Assembly (NCBI GenBank): GCA_040954595.2
Contig: CM082578.2
Coordinates: 11,911,166-11,975,165, forward strand
Direction of reading: 5' to 3'
DNA: 64,000 nucleotides
Source of the DNA: Balanoglossus misakiensis
Lineage: Eukaryota; Animalia; Hemichordata
The translations under genes were made by a program, and so were the position numbers. Position 1 is the stretch's first letter. Every line of letters begins with the position of its first letter. Shown here piece by piece: positions 26,001 through 38,000 of this stretch. The notes beneath the pieces were generated by a model. That model worked only from the letters and a program-made list of their open reading frames with translations, made no database searches and was not told the DNA's origin.

Positions 26001-29000
26001 ATCGCGGAATGCGTCCCTCGTCTTGAAATCCTCTCACTCTCTGGGTAAGACTTCAGTCCATTTTTACACCTGCTCTTTCGCTTTGTTTGCTGTTGTTTCC
26101 CATGTGATATTAAAATTGCCGTACAATCTTGTTTATCAATAGGAATAAATTTGAAGCTCTTCCCGACAGCTCGTTGTCTCTGCGACGTCTGAAGACTTTA
26201 AATCTATCTCATAATCATTTGAAATCTGTACCCGATGTATTCCTGTCAAATTTGCCTGCTCTGGACACCATTGTACTCAGCAACAATCAACTTGGTAAGT
26301 TTGTTTCAAGAGATCCATGAAAACATGAGGAAGGTATCCAAAGTTGTTCGTTCATTTGGCTTAGAGGTATTTCCCTTCCAAAAGCACTTCCCGACAAATC
26401 ACTTGATTGACCATTTATGTATCTTTTCTGACAGAAACTTTGCCGGAAGAAGTCGCCAGCCAGCTGGGTCAGCTCACAACTGTCAAGGTGTCCCACAACA
26501 AATTAGCAGAAAATACCCGGGAACCGTTTTTTGTGCCAAAGTTTCTCCTTCAGCTACCGAGGTAACCATAAAACTTAAAATCTCACGTGTATGTTGATAT
26601 ATTTTCCAATCAATAGTTGACATTTTTGTTTTTTTTCATCTGCGTCAGGATTTTGAACTTCAATTTCTTTGCAAAGCGTCAGTTGAGGTCAAGGAGAGGT
26701 CAAAGAAATTCAGAATCCAAATTTTATCATGGCTGATTAAAATTGTAAAAACTTCTTGATAATTTTAACATCTTATGTTTTCTTTTCTTGTTTGTAGTCT
26801 TCGCAGCGTTGACTTGAGTAATAATCAGCTTGTTGGCATACCAACACCCAATCAGTGGAAAACACAGAGTTTGAGAGAAATACTGGTATCACATAACAAC
26901 ATCAAGAGGGTAGGTTGTACATCGACAGTGATGGAACTTTGTCTCTTGTGGTTTTTACTTCATTTGTAAATGACAAAGTATTCATGTCTGTTCATTTGTT
27001 TTTTTCTATTTCAGTTGAACATCAGCGATGGAATCAAGCAGTGGATGTTACTGGAACGATTCACTTTGAGTCACAACAAACTACAAGAGGTATGATAATT
27101 TTAATTGATCCCTTGATATATTGCAGTTTTTCCATTTTAAAAAGTTTAATGCAAGAGGGTACTACCAAGTGTTTGTTGGTCTGTAATTTGGTAATTGATA
27201 TATGAACAATTTCTCAAGTGAACTATTATTTTTAATTCTCCACAGGTGCCTAAGGAATTTGGTCAGTTGACGTCCCTGACTTCCTTAGATTTCAGTCACA
27301 ACAAATCCATAAGTACAATTCCAGATGAACTTGGAAAACTCCACAAACTCTGGGAAGTAAGTGTACAGTTTAAAATTACACATGAAGTCAGACATTGTTT
27401 TCAGACTGGTACATTTTGATTTCTTTAGTTTATTTTCATTTCATCTTCACCACAAGGAAACCTAACAATTTATATCTCTGACTGATTTCAGCTTCCCCTG
27501 GATGGCCTGAAACTCGATTTGGATCCAGCACTTCTCAAAGGCAGAACTAAAGACATCATTGGATTCCTCAATGAAAAACTGAAACGAGTAAGTATGTCTC
27601 AAAACTTCATGAAGGGACATCTCAACACTGCAGGACAGAAAGACTTCTGGTATGTGAGAATTATTACTTTTATTCCCTGGACTCCTGTGCCCTGGTGACT
27701 TCTACTTCAATGTTTTGATGCAATTCTCTGACTTCTGTCGTGTACACAGGCAGTGCCTCACTATAGAATCAAACTGATGCTGGTGGGATTTGGTGGCAGG
27801 GGAAAGTCCACACTGCTGAGAAGTTTGCAGAGAATCAAATCCACTCCAGAAGATAACATTGCGACAGTCGGGGTGAAGGTCTCCGAGTGGAGGTTAGTGA
27901 TTTAGTGGCTTAACGTGTGCATTTGCAGAGTTTTCACTGTGTATTGAACTGGATGGAATTCTTTCACCTTAGTATCTTGTGTAGTCTGTGATTGAGAAGC
28001 CATTGGGGCAGGTTACAAATAGTGAAAAGTCACTTAACTTCAACTTTTCTTTTCATGCTAGAATTGTTTGTGATATCTAATTTTTACAGGGTCCTTGTCA
28101 AGAAACATAACAAGAAGGTTCAGTATTGCTTGAGTACTTGGGACTTTGCCGGCCAAGAAGATTTCTACAGTACCCATCCAATATTCCTGTCACAAAGATC
28201 ACTCTATCTGGTAAGAACTCGTACAAATCTGTGTCATTATAATGGTTGATTTGGTGATTGACTTAACCTGGTCATATGACCATAATGGTCTGTACTGTGA
28301 TCATGTGACCACATGCATATAATCATTAGTCTTGCATTGTACTGATATAAATAATACATGTATGTGCCACTATTGTTTATTTTCATTGATAATCTACGCA
28401 GAATTATACAACAGTGTTTATTTTTATTATTTATTTTCAGGTTGTGTATGACGTGAGTCGAGGTCCAGAGGAGGTGAAGACATTGAAACCATGGTTACTG
28501 ACCATTCATGCCAGATCACCACAGAGTCCGGTCATTGTTGTAGGAACTCACAAAGATAAAGTACCCAAAGGTCAGAACTTCACATCACCATGTACAAAAT
28601 TCTTTTTCCAATTTTGCATTTCTAAGAAAACAACATGTACAATGTAATATAATAGGAATTCAGCATAAAACACTAAATCTGGTGGGGATTTTTGTTTCCA
28701 TAGAGACCAAAGAGGAGTTCATACGTGATATGCGTGAGCAGGTTAGCAAGCTGTGTGCGTCACCTGGATTCCCGGATATCAAGGGTTACATTGAAGTGTG
28801 TGGTACGCATGAAAATACCAGTGTGGAAGCTTTGCGGAGACTGATTGTCGATGTGATTGATGGGTAAGGGATTTGTACATTTGGGGGGAGGGGGGGGGGG
28901 GGGTTGCGCGAAATGTGAGGGAGAAGGGAAAGGGTGTGAAAGGAACACATTTAAACTAACATGATAGGTCAAAAAGATGTTATCTCGATCAAGAGTGTTT

Positions 29001-32000
29001 TCAGTTAACTTGAAGTGCAAAGCTGATACGCCATGTGTCTTGTTTTTCACTAGGTTCAAGGTGAAAGGACAACCAATTATGGGGCAAATGATTCCACACA
29101 GCTATGTGGTAAGTATTTCAAAGAAATATTTTTTGGCACAACTATAAAAGGTAGCATGCAATGTTATATTGTGCGAGCACAATTATTCACAAAGCAAAGC
29201 AAAGAAACAGAGACACTCTACCCTTTCGTGTTCTTAGCTTATTTTGAGAGGAGTTGAACATATTTGTATGATAGCCCATGTGGTTGTTGTTGTTTTAGAA
29301 ACTAGAAGAGCTGATCTGTGATGAAGCCAGGCAACTCAAAGCGCAGTCACAGGCTCCTATTGTCATGCACAGAAAATTACTCAAGTTGGTCAAAGATGCC
29401 GATCTTCAGTTGGATGAAGACGAACTCTCACACGTAAGTTTCCAGACGAGTTGCAGCAAAACTGATGTTGCAATGTCATTGTAAAGTAATGTATATGTAT
29501 TTGTCGGACAGATGGTTACGTGTCTAATTGTCATCAGTGAATTTTAGAGTTTGTTTGATAGGTGTTGGAAGTTTGTTACTTATTCCTTATTCCTTATTCC
29601 TTATTCGAATGTGAAGTTTGTGACTTATTCCTTATTCGGATTCTGAAGTCTGTGACTTTTTCCTTATTCAAAGCTTATTCCTTATTCGAAATCTGAAGTC
29701 TGTGACTTATTCCTTATTCGAAATCTGAAGTCTGTGACTTATTCCTTATTCGGATTATGAAGTCTGTGACTTTTTCCTTATTCAAATCTCAAGTCTGTGA
29801 CTTATTCCTTATTCAAAGCTTATTCCTTATTCGAAATCTGAAGTCTGAGACTTATTCCTTATTCGAAATCTGAAGTCTGTGACTTATTCCTTATTCGGAT
29901 TATGAAGTCTGTGACTTTTTCCTTATTCAAAGCTTATTCCTTATTCGAAATCTGAAGTCTGTGACTTATTCCTTATTCGGATTCTGAAGTCTGTGACTTT
30001 TTCCTTATTCAAAGCTTATTCCTTATTCGAAATCTGAAGTCTGTGACTTATTCCTTATTCGAAATCTGAAGTCTGTGACTTATTCCTTATTCGGATTATG
30101 AAGTCTGTGACTTTTTCCTTATTCAAAGCTCAAGTCTGTGACTTATTCCTTATTCAAAGCTTATTCCTTATTCGAAATCTGAAGTCTGTGACTTATTCCT
30201 TATTCGAAATCTGAAGTCTGTGACTTATTCCTTATTCGGATTATGAAGTCTGTGACTTTTTCCTTATTCAAAGCTTATTCCTTATTCGAAATCTGAAGTC
30301 TGTGACTTATTCCTTATTCGAAATCTGAAGTCTGTGACTTTTTCCTTATTCGGATTCTGAAGTCTGTGACTTTTTCCTTATTCAAAGCTTATTCCTTATT
30401 CGAAATCTGAAGTCTGTGACTTATTCCTTATTCGAAATCTGAAGTCTGTGACTTATTCCTTATTCGAAATCTGAAGTCTGTGACTTATTCCTTATTCGGA
30501 TTCTGAAGTCTGTGACTTTTTCCTTATTCAAAGCTTATTCCTTATTCGAAATCTGAAGTCTGTGACTTATTCCTTATTCGAAATCTGAAGTCTGTGACTT
30601 ATTCCTTATTCGGATTCTGACGAAAAATCTAAAAAAAATTTTGCCCAAATTTTGGGTGACCTCAGATGACTTTTGACCTACTTTCCTATATCTCGGCACC
30701 CAGAGCAGGTACAGACTTGGCGTTTGGAGGGTTGGGACTAAAATTGAAAAGCCAAAATTGGGGGTTACCTGTGACACCTGCTTATCTCATTAATTATGTG
30801 CATAACTAATTCCAGGCTAACCAATAGGGCTAGAGGTTTCATTCTTGTTGGACATGGACCAGTATGGGGTCAACATTTTTTCCCAAATTTTGAGTGACCT
30901 TGGATGACCTTTGATCTACTTTCCCATATCTCAGCATCCACAGCAGTTAGAGTCCTGGCTCTTGGGGGGGGGGGGGGGGGGGCCGATGGAGCACATAATG
31001 GAGTCTTACACAAGAGGGGTCTCGTTTTTGTTGGATCTAGACTAGTATGGGGTCCAATTGTTTTGCCCAATTTTGGGGTGAACTACGGTGACCTTTGATA
31101 GTACTTTCCTCACAGAACGATGCTAACATACATGAACTTATAAAAATTCGATTGGTTTTTCGTCCCCCCCCCCCCGTCAAAACTGAACGGTCCCTTAAGT
31201 CATAAAAGGAACACGTCATCTTAATATTTCTTAAACATGAACTTAGCAAGTGATAGAGTTCTGACATGTATCAATTACACAAGCTTGTTTACTCTGGGTC
31301 AAGTACCTATGTCAACACAAGACTAAAACTGTACAAGTGAATGACATCTTACGTAATCATAGAAAGGATCTATGAGCGTTCAAACTCAGTCGTGACAACA
31401 GACTTCAGATTTCGAATAAGGAATAAGTCACAGACTTCAGAATCCGAATAAGGAATAAGTCACAGACTTCAGATTTCGAATAAGGAATAAGTCACAGACT
31501 TCAGATTTCGAATAAGGAATAAGCTTTGAATAAGGAAAAAGTCACAGACTTCAGAATCCGAATAAGGAATAAGTCACAGACTTCAGATTTCGAATAAGGA
31601 ATAAGCTTTCAATAAGGAAAAAGTCACAGACTTCAGAATCCGAATAAGGAATAAGTCACAGACTTCAGATTTCGAATAAGGAATAAGTCACAGACTTCAG
31701 ATTTCGAATAAGGAATAAGCTTTGAATAAGGAAAAAGTCACAGACTTCATAATCCGAATAAGGAATAAGGAATAAGTAACAAACTTCACATTCGAATAAG
31801 GAATAAGGAATAAGGAATAAGTAACAAACTTCACATTCGAATAAGGAATAAGGAATAAGGAATAAGTAACAAACTTCACGGACCCTTGTTTGATCAGTAA
31901 TACTGCATGGAAATGAAGATATATTTTTTTCAACAAAACGAAGACATTGCTAAGCAGTTTATTTTACATTGCAGGCAATTCGTTTCCTGCACGAATCTGG

Positions 32001-35000
32001 TGTAGTGTTGCACTACGATGATCCAGCCCTGCAGTTGAAGGATCTCTACTTTGTTGATCCTGAATGGCTCTGTCGAATGATGGCCAAGATTGTGACGGTC
32101 AGAGAAATTAACCCGTTTATTGACAATAAGGGGGTAAGTATAGCTACACCGAATCAACAATTGTCGCGGTCTTTTTCTTTTGGATAAATGTTTGGTCTTT
32201 TGAATCAGTTTAATGATGAGGCTATTGTATTCGTTGTGTTTTCAGGTGATGAAGAAATCTGACCTGAGGGTGCTGTTCAACGGAAGTGACTTCCCTCCGA
32301 AATTTATTCCCCAATACACAAGACTCTTGCAGAAGTGAGTGTTATGGCAAATTGTATCTGTTTCAAATATGCGTTTGCTAGCTTTCCGTGATTGATCCTA
32401 GAAATCAAGTTATGTAATGTTGTGTGCACAGTAATATATTTGTTGATCAGATGTTTCATTTTGTGTGCACGATTTTGATTCTAGGTTTGAAATCGCCTTG
32501 CCAAAGAGTGAGACCGAGTTACTGATTCCCTGTAAGATGCCAGCACAGAAACCCAGAATACAGCTGCCAATCCATGACCAGTTAGGTAAGTCAGTCAAAC
32601 AAACAAACAAACAAACACTACTGCATGGTCGCTCCCAGAAAGTGGCTTTTTACCCAGAATACTCCTAGAAACCATGAGAAAATGCTTCTTGGACATCACA
32701 GTGAACCCTGGTACAAATAGAACCATGATAGGCCCTTCTTCCTCTATCAATAAAACTGTTTTGTATAAAATGGTCAAAACTTTTTCCTGCCACTTACAAC
32801 ATTTTCCTTGTCTATCATTTTATCCAGGGATTCTACGCCGTCAGTACGACATGCCGTATATTCCAATCGGATTCTGGTCCCGAATGATTTCCAGACTAAA
32901 ACTGTTTTCCCAGAACATGATATCAGAGGTACGTGTTACATGGTCTCTGTTTATTTATGACACTTGCACCATTATTCTGTTCAGGTTTCTGGACTACCCC
33001 GGTATAAAGTATGGTTTCATGTTTCTAATTACAAGTATAACAGGACTTATTGCATGAAGCACATTATCACAACTATTCAGCATGTTTACACTTTTTATGT
33101 TAACCGTGATTAAGTTTTATGCTTTTCAGTCGATATTACATCACTGAGTTTGAGAGTTCTTTGGAAAACTTGTCATATGACAGTTTTTTATCCCTCTACT
33201 GCCCTCTGTAGTTCGGCGAATACCATTGCTACAGTAACCACGGTGATGCAAAATACAAAGAGCAAGAGAAGCTGTTAAATATGGTATTAATCCATACTGT
33301 GTTTGTTTTGCTCATGTGTGAAAATGAGTTTTTTGAGTGTTGAATTACATTTGGCAACAATAAGTTCACAGAAATTAAAGTACTGATATAATTATATAGG
33401 TTAATAAATTTAAAATCCATGTGTAATCTATCACTGACCATGTCATTTCTACAGCATTCCCAACCGCAACTATTTTACCCAGAACTCCCCTCTTCCCAGG
33501 TGTCCTTTCTTCTCCAGGTGTTCATTTTTCTCCCTGTGTAACAACTACTAACCAATCATATTGCACTTGCACTACTAACCCTAATCAAATGTGTTTCTTT
33601 TATCAGTCAATAATTGAATCAATCAATCAACAATAAGTAATTCAGAGGTTATCATGTATCTTGTGGTAATATCAGCTATCCCATAATTCTCTCTGATTTG
33701 TATACTCTCACATCCATGGCAACAGTCAGTAATTTCAAACACAGATTATTTTTCTGGGAGCAGATGGAAATTTTTTACAATCATTTGTTTTTGTCGAACG
33801 CCAGGTGTTTGAGTGATGCTAATCAGTGGGGATCATGGGTAAATTATTTTCTGTGCTACTGAGGGTCTTGTTGTCTTACAGATAAACTTTAATGGACTTT
33901 TTTTTCTCAATTTGAATTTTTCAGTTTGAAGTACATTCAGTTCCCCATGTAGATTACTGGAAAGAAGGCATCTATGTGTCCTGGTCGGAGGTGTGTGCTT
34001 TTTGGTTGTATGCTTGTTAGAAAGTCATGATTGTTCATTGAAGATGTACTGTACACACACGAAAGCTCTTAGAATCCAACAGTTACAAGTGACAATTATC
34101 AGTCAAGTACTAAGGGTACAGACTAAATTAACTAAAGTATAATTATAGCATTCTCAGATATGTCAAAAGCTTCTGAAGTATTAATGTCTGAATTGTCATG
34201 TCCCTGACATTTGTGTGTGAATGAGACTTCATTTGACCCCCAAAAAAATGTTTTTAATACATGTTTTACTTTTTTTGTTTCAGCAAGCATTCTTCGTTGT
34301 AGAGCCACTGTCCAGTAACCCAGACACACTGGAGATAATTACACCATGTACCAAGTTTGGCATGAGGTAATCAGGTTCTTCTTGTCCAATTGATTGGTTT
34401 GTACGTGAAATGCCAAATCAGATTATTACGCCATCCCAGAAGAAATAAGTGACACAAGTTGTTATATGATAATCTAATAACTGTACCATGAGTTTTGATG
34501 CACAATGAAAACAAATTTTGTTTATTTCATTTCTTTTTCATTAGGTTATTGGGTCAAGTTGTTGATCATGTTGATGTGCTGATAGAGGAATGGTTTCCAG
34601 GACTGTGTGAGATTGATCCCATGCTGGGAAGAATCCCTGTACAGAGACTGGTGCCATGTCCTCTCTGTGAAGGTGAGCTTCTGGCAATTTACGTGTTTTG
34701 CTTTTATATGAAAAGAGACCAGCTTTGATTTTTCATTACTAGCAGACACATATCTGAAGAGTATTTTTAAACAGATACACACTTGAGACATCTCTTTCTA
34801 TGTATATTCTATACACATATTATACACGCAACTCAATTATTTTTTCTTCAACAGAAGCCCATGAATACACCTTAGAACGACTGGTAGAGCAATCCGATAG
34901 CGACGATGTCATCAAGTGTCCCAATCTCAACAGGAATATTCCACTTTATAATTTGGTGAGTTTTGGAAGAATATCTGTGTGAAAAGTTGATGTTTGCTCT

Positions 35001-38000
35001 GTAGAAAATGTGTCACATAAAAACTAGATCAGCTATAGTCAAGGCTGTTTTTGAGAGATGTCTTTAATGTCTTGAAACCACACATCAACTACTTTCCCCC
35101 TCTTGATTCTAACACACACAGGCTCCAGACGTGGTTCTAGGAGATTTGGAAGACCGTTTCCGATTGATGTACGACCAGTTTGATTTCACACAAAGGTAAG
35201 CCCCACTTCCATCAAAAATTGCAAAACATGTATACTTGTAGTTACATTTGCTTTTGGGACAGGGCAGTGTGTAACAATTAACTAACAAAGAGAAAGCTTT
35301 GTTGATCAGAAAAATTTTGACCATTGTTTTTCATTCCTGTATTACAGCAACGATAATTTACTGGGAGATGGTAGCTATGGATCGGTCTTCAGAGCGACCT
35401 ATAAGAATCAGGTATAGTACTTAATTCAAGTCACGGCTCTGTCAAAAATCAGGCATAACACCCTGTTAAATTTACAAGTACATGCGGGCAAAACTCTTCA
35501 GTTTTCATCTCTTCTTTTTTTCAGCCTGTTGCTGTGAAAGTCTTCAGTAAGATTGGCGATACCCACCCACACTCAATGCTGAGACAAGAGGTAAGACAAA
35601 ATTTTAGATTGGAGCATCTTTGTATAGCTGGACTCTTTCTAAATTTATGATTAATGTAATGGAAGTGGCGATGTCATAGTTTAATTGTTTGCAACATTCA
35701 TTCTCTTTTATCTGTGTGTGTAGGTGACAGTATTGAGGAAGTTACGTCATCTGAGTCTGATCTCGATGATTGGCGTGGGTGTGCGTCCGAGAGTACTGGT
35801 CATGGAATTAGCTCCTTTGGGCACTCTGAGTTCAATACAGAATGCTGACAGGCCGCTCAGTAGGGGATTACAGCACCGGATTTCTCTACAGGTATGTGCG
35901 GTTGTAGTTATGAAGAGTATGGTATCTGTCATTGTAGCATGTTTTTTTCCATTGATTTTTGCAACCATGCATGTGATTATCCATGTTTGAATTAAGCGGT
36001 GTGCTTACACAATGTGAGGTTAACATTTCACTTCAAGGGAAAACATCTGACATACCACGTTGTACAGAAAGTTCAGTTCTTTGATCTGTTTTTGGTTTCA
36101 GGTGGCAGAAGGTCTGATGTTCCTCCACCAACACAGGATAATATACAGAGATCTCAAACCGGACAATGTTCTCATATTCTCGCTGTCCCTTGTTGTTCTG
36201 GTATGTATAATGAATAAATATTTGATTAGTCGTAGTGTACTTGTACCTGTACTTGATGCAGTACATATATTAATTTGTTACTGACACGAAGTCACACATT
36301 TTGTGCTGCTATCCCAGACCCAATGCAATGTTGTATATCATATACATCAGTACTATACTATAAAAATTATCTCACCCCCTCACATTACATCAGATCAGAT
36401 CACATCACACCACAGTACCACACCACACCATACAACATGTCATCATGTACACTTCAAAGTCCTGATTATGATCTTTATTTCGCATTAACCAGAATTGTTT
36501 TATGTGTTTCACCAGGTGAATGCCAAGATCTCGGACTATGGCATATCAAGATTTGCTACTCCACTGGGACTGACTGCATCAGAAGGCACACCCGGATACA
36601 GAGCACCAGAGGTTGCCAAGGGAGGTGTGTTCTATGACGACAAGGTATTGTAGAAGTTCAAACATTTTATTGAAGATGTTGTAGTACGTTTGATTCTCAC
36701 ATAATAGACCGATATATTTAGTCAATGACGCAGTAGGACTTTCCATGACATCAGAAAACTTTCCCAATACAACAGACTGAAAGACGTTTTTTACCAGATT
36801 TACAAATGGATCAAGAAAGAGACCCAGAATTGTATTTACTAGTCCAAGAGTGCAAACCACCACTATATACCGGTATGTTGCATGCATTCTCCATTGACCC
36901 GAACAGGTGGATGTGTATTCCTTTGGTATTCTCCTCTATGAAGTTGTCACTGGGGGCCGCAAACCATTTGAAGAGTTGGCATTCCGGAATGAGTTGGATG
37001 ATGCAGTGATGAAGGTACGTTGGCAACAAGCCAGTGCTGTCGACGAGCATGTCCTTATGCTGTCTGACTTTCAGGCATGGTGAATATGATGATGATGCGA
37101 TGGGGATGAAGGACAAGAGTCCATGCATTTCAAACTTATTCTGTGTTTTTTTTCATTTCAGGGGAGAACATTGCCTCCCATCGCCGTGGTAGCCTCGGCT
37201 CAGTGGCCAGATGTACAAGACTTGATCTATCACAGTTTGGAACAAGTGCCGGAAGAAAGACCGACGGTGAGTGATGGCAACACACAGATGGATGAACTTA
37301 CTGAAATGTTTTCAGTCTTTTCCTGTAGAGCCACGTTGTTTACAAAAATGTGTTAAACATTTCAGAAGGAAATGAAGTTGCAAATGTATAAATGGCTAGA
37401 AATTAATAACTAGAAATGAGAGCTAATTTATATCTTTTGGTCTTTCAGTCTGAAGAGGTATTCAACCGTTTGAACTCGGCCGAGTTGTTGTGTCTAAGGA
37501 AAGATTACCCAGTGTTCAAAGGTGTGTCTGCCGAAACTGTTGCAATCAGGGTGAGTTTGAAACGTTACATAGTCATGACTTTTACAGTTTGTTCCAGAAT
37601 TTCAGAAACTTCTTCCATGTAAATGGCCCTGACAAGTTGACTTTCTGTATTTGTTGAACTATAACACCATAATCCATTTGGAGCAAACCATGGGGGTGGA
37701 AAGGTTAATAATTCTTGCACCAGTGAGGAAGCAGAGTAGCGATTGCCAATAATGCTGTCATTTCGTATTTTTAACATTACCTGTACTTGACGTGCATGAT
37801 TTGTTTACAATGACAGAGTTATTCAGAGCACGGAGAAGAGAAACTTGAACTGTGGCTCGGCGGGGGGGACAGCACGACCGGGATCATATCGTGGATCAGT
37901 CTGAACAACAAACACACACAGACTGCCGCTCAGGGTATGATTCTGAAATCGGAGGATCAGAGCGGAATCGAGAGCCGGATCACCAGCGTGCTGTGCCTGG

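Larger units (their letters stand above)
29560..31885. mobile_element. Non-autonomous Foldback/Mutator-like DNA transposon in LRRK2 intron 29434-31974
   Basis: 9-bp direct repeat TTGTTTGAT at 29551-29559 and 31886-31894; inverted arms 29568-30620 and ~31398-31877 built from tandem subunits; no transposase ORF. Confidence 0.8.
27750..35195 (+). other. LRRK2: LRRK2 ROC GTPase and COR domains (exons)
   Basis: P-loop GFGGRGKST, switch I ATVGV, switch [16 protein letters not shown]; COR motifs [37 protein letters not shown]. Confidence 0.93.

Noticed and set aside
29568-31877. CRISPR-like array of ~32-bp repeats
   Set aside because: No unique spacers, no cas genes, eukaryotic intron; it is a minisatellite forming transposon arms.
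31697-31936. 79-aa repetitive ORF on the minus strand (and ORF 30574-30777)
   Set aside because: Translation of the minisatellite, with no coding or splice support.
36798-36871. Exon-like segment (ttttaccAG ... ACCG|GTATG) in a kinase-domain intron
   Set aside because: Contains TAG in the kinase frame, and the flanking exons join cleanly without it; the donor is part of a TACCGGTA palindrome. A poison exon is possible but unsupported.
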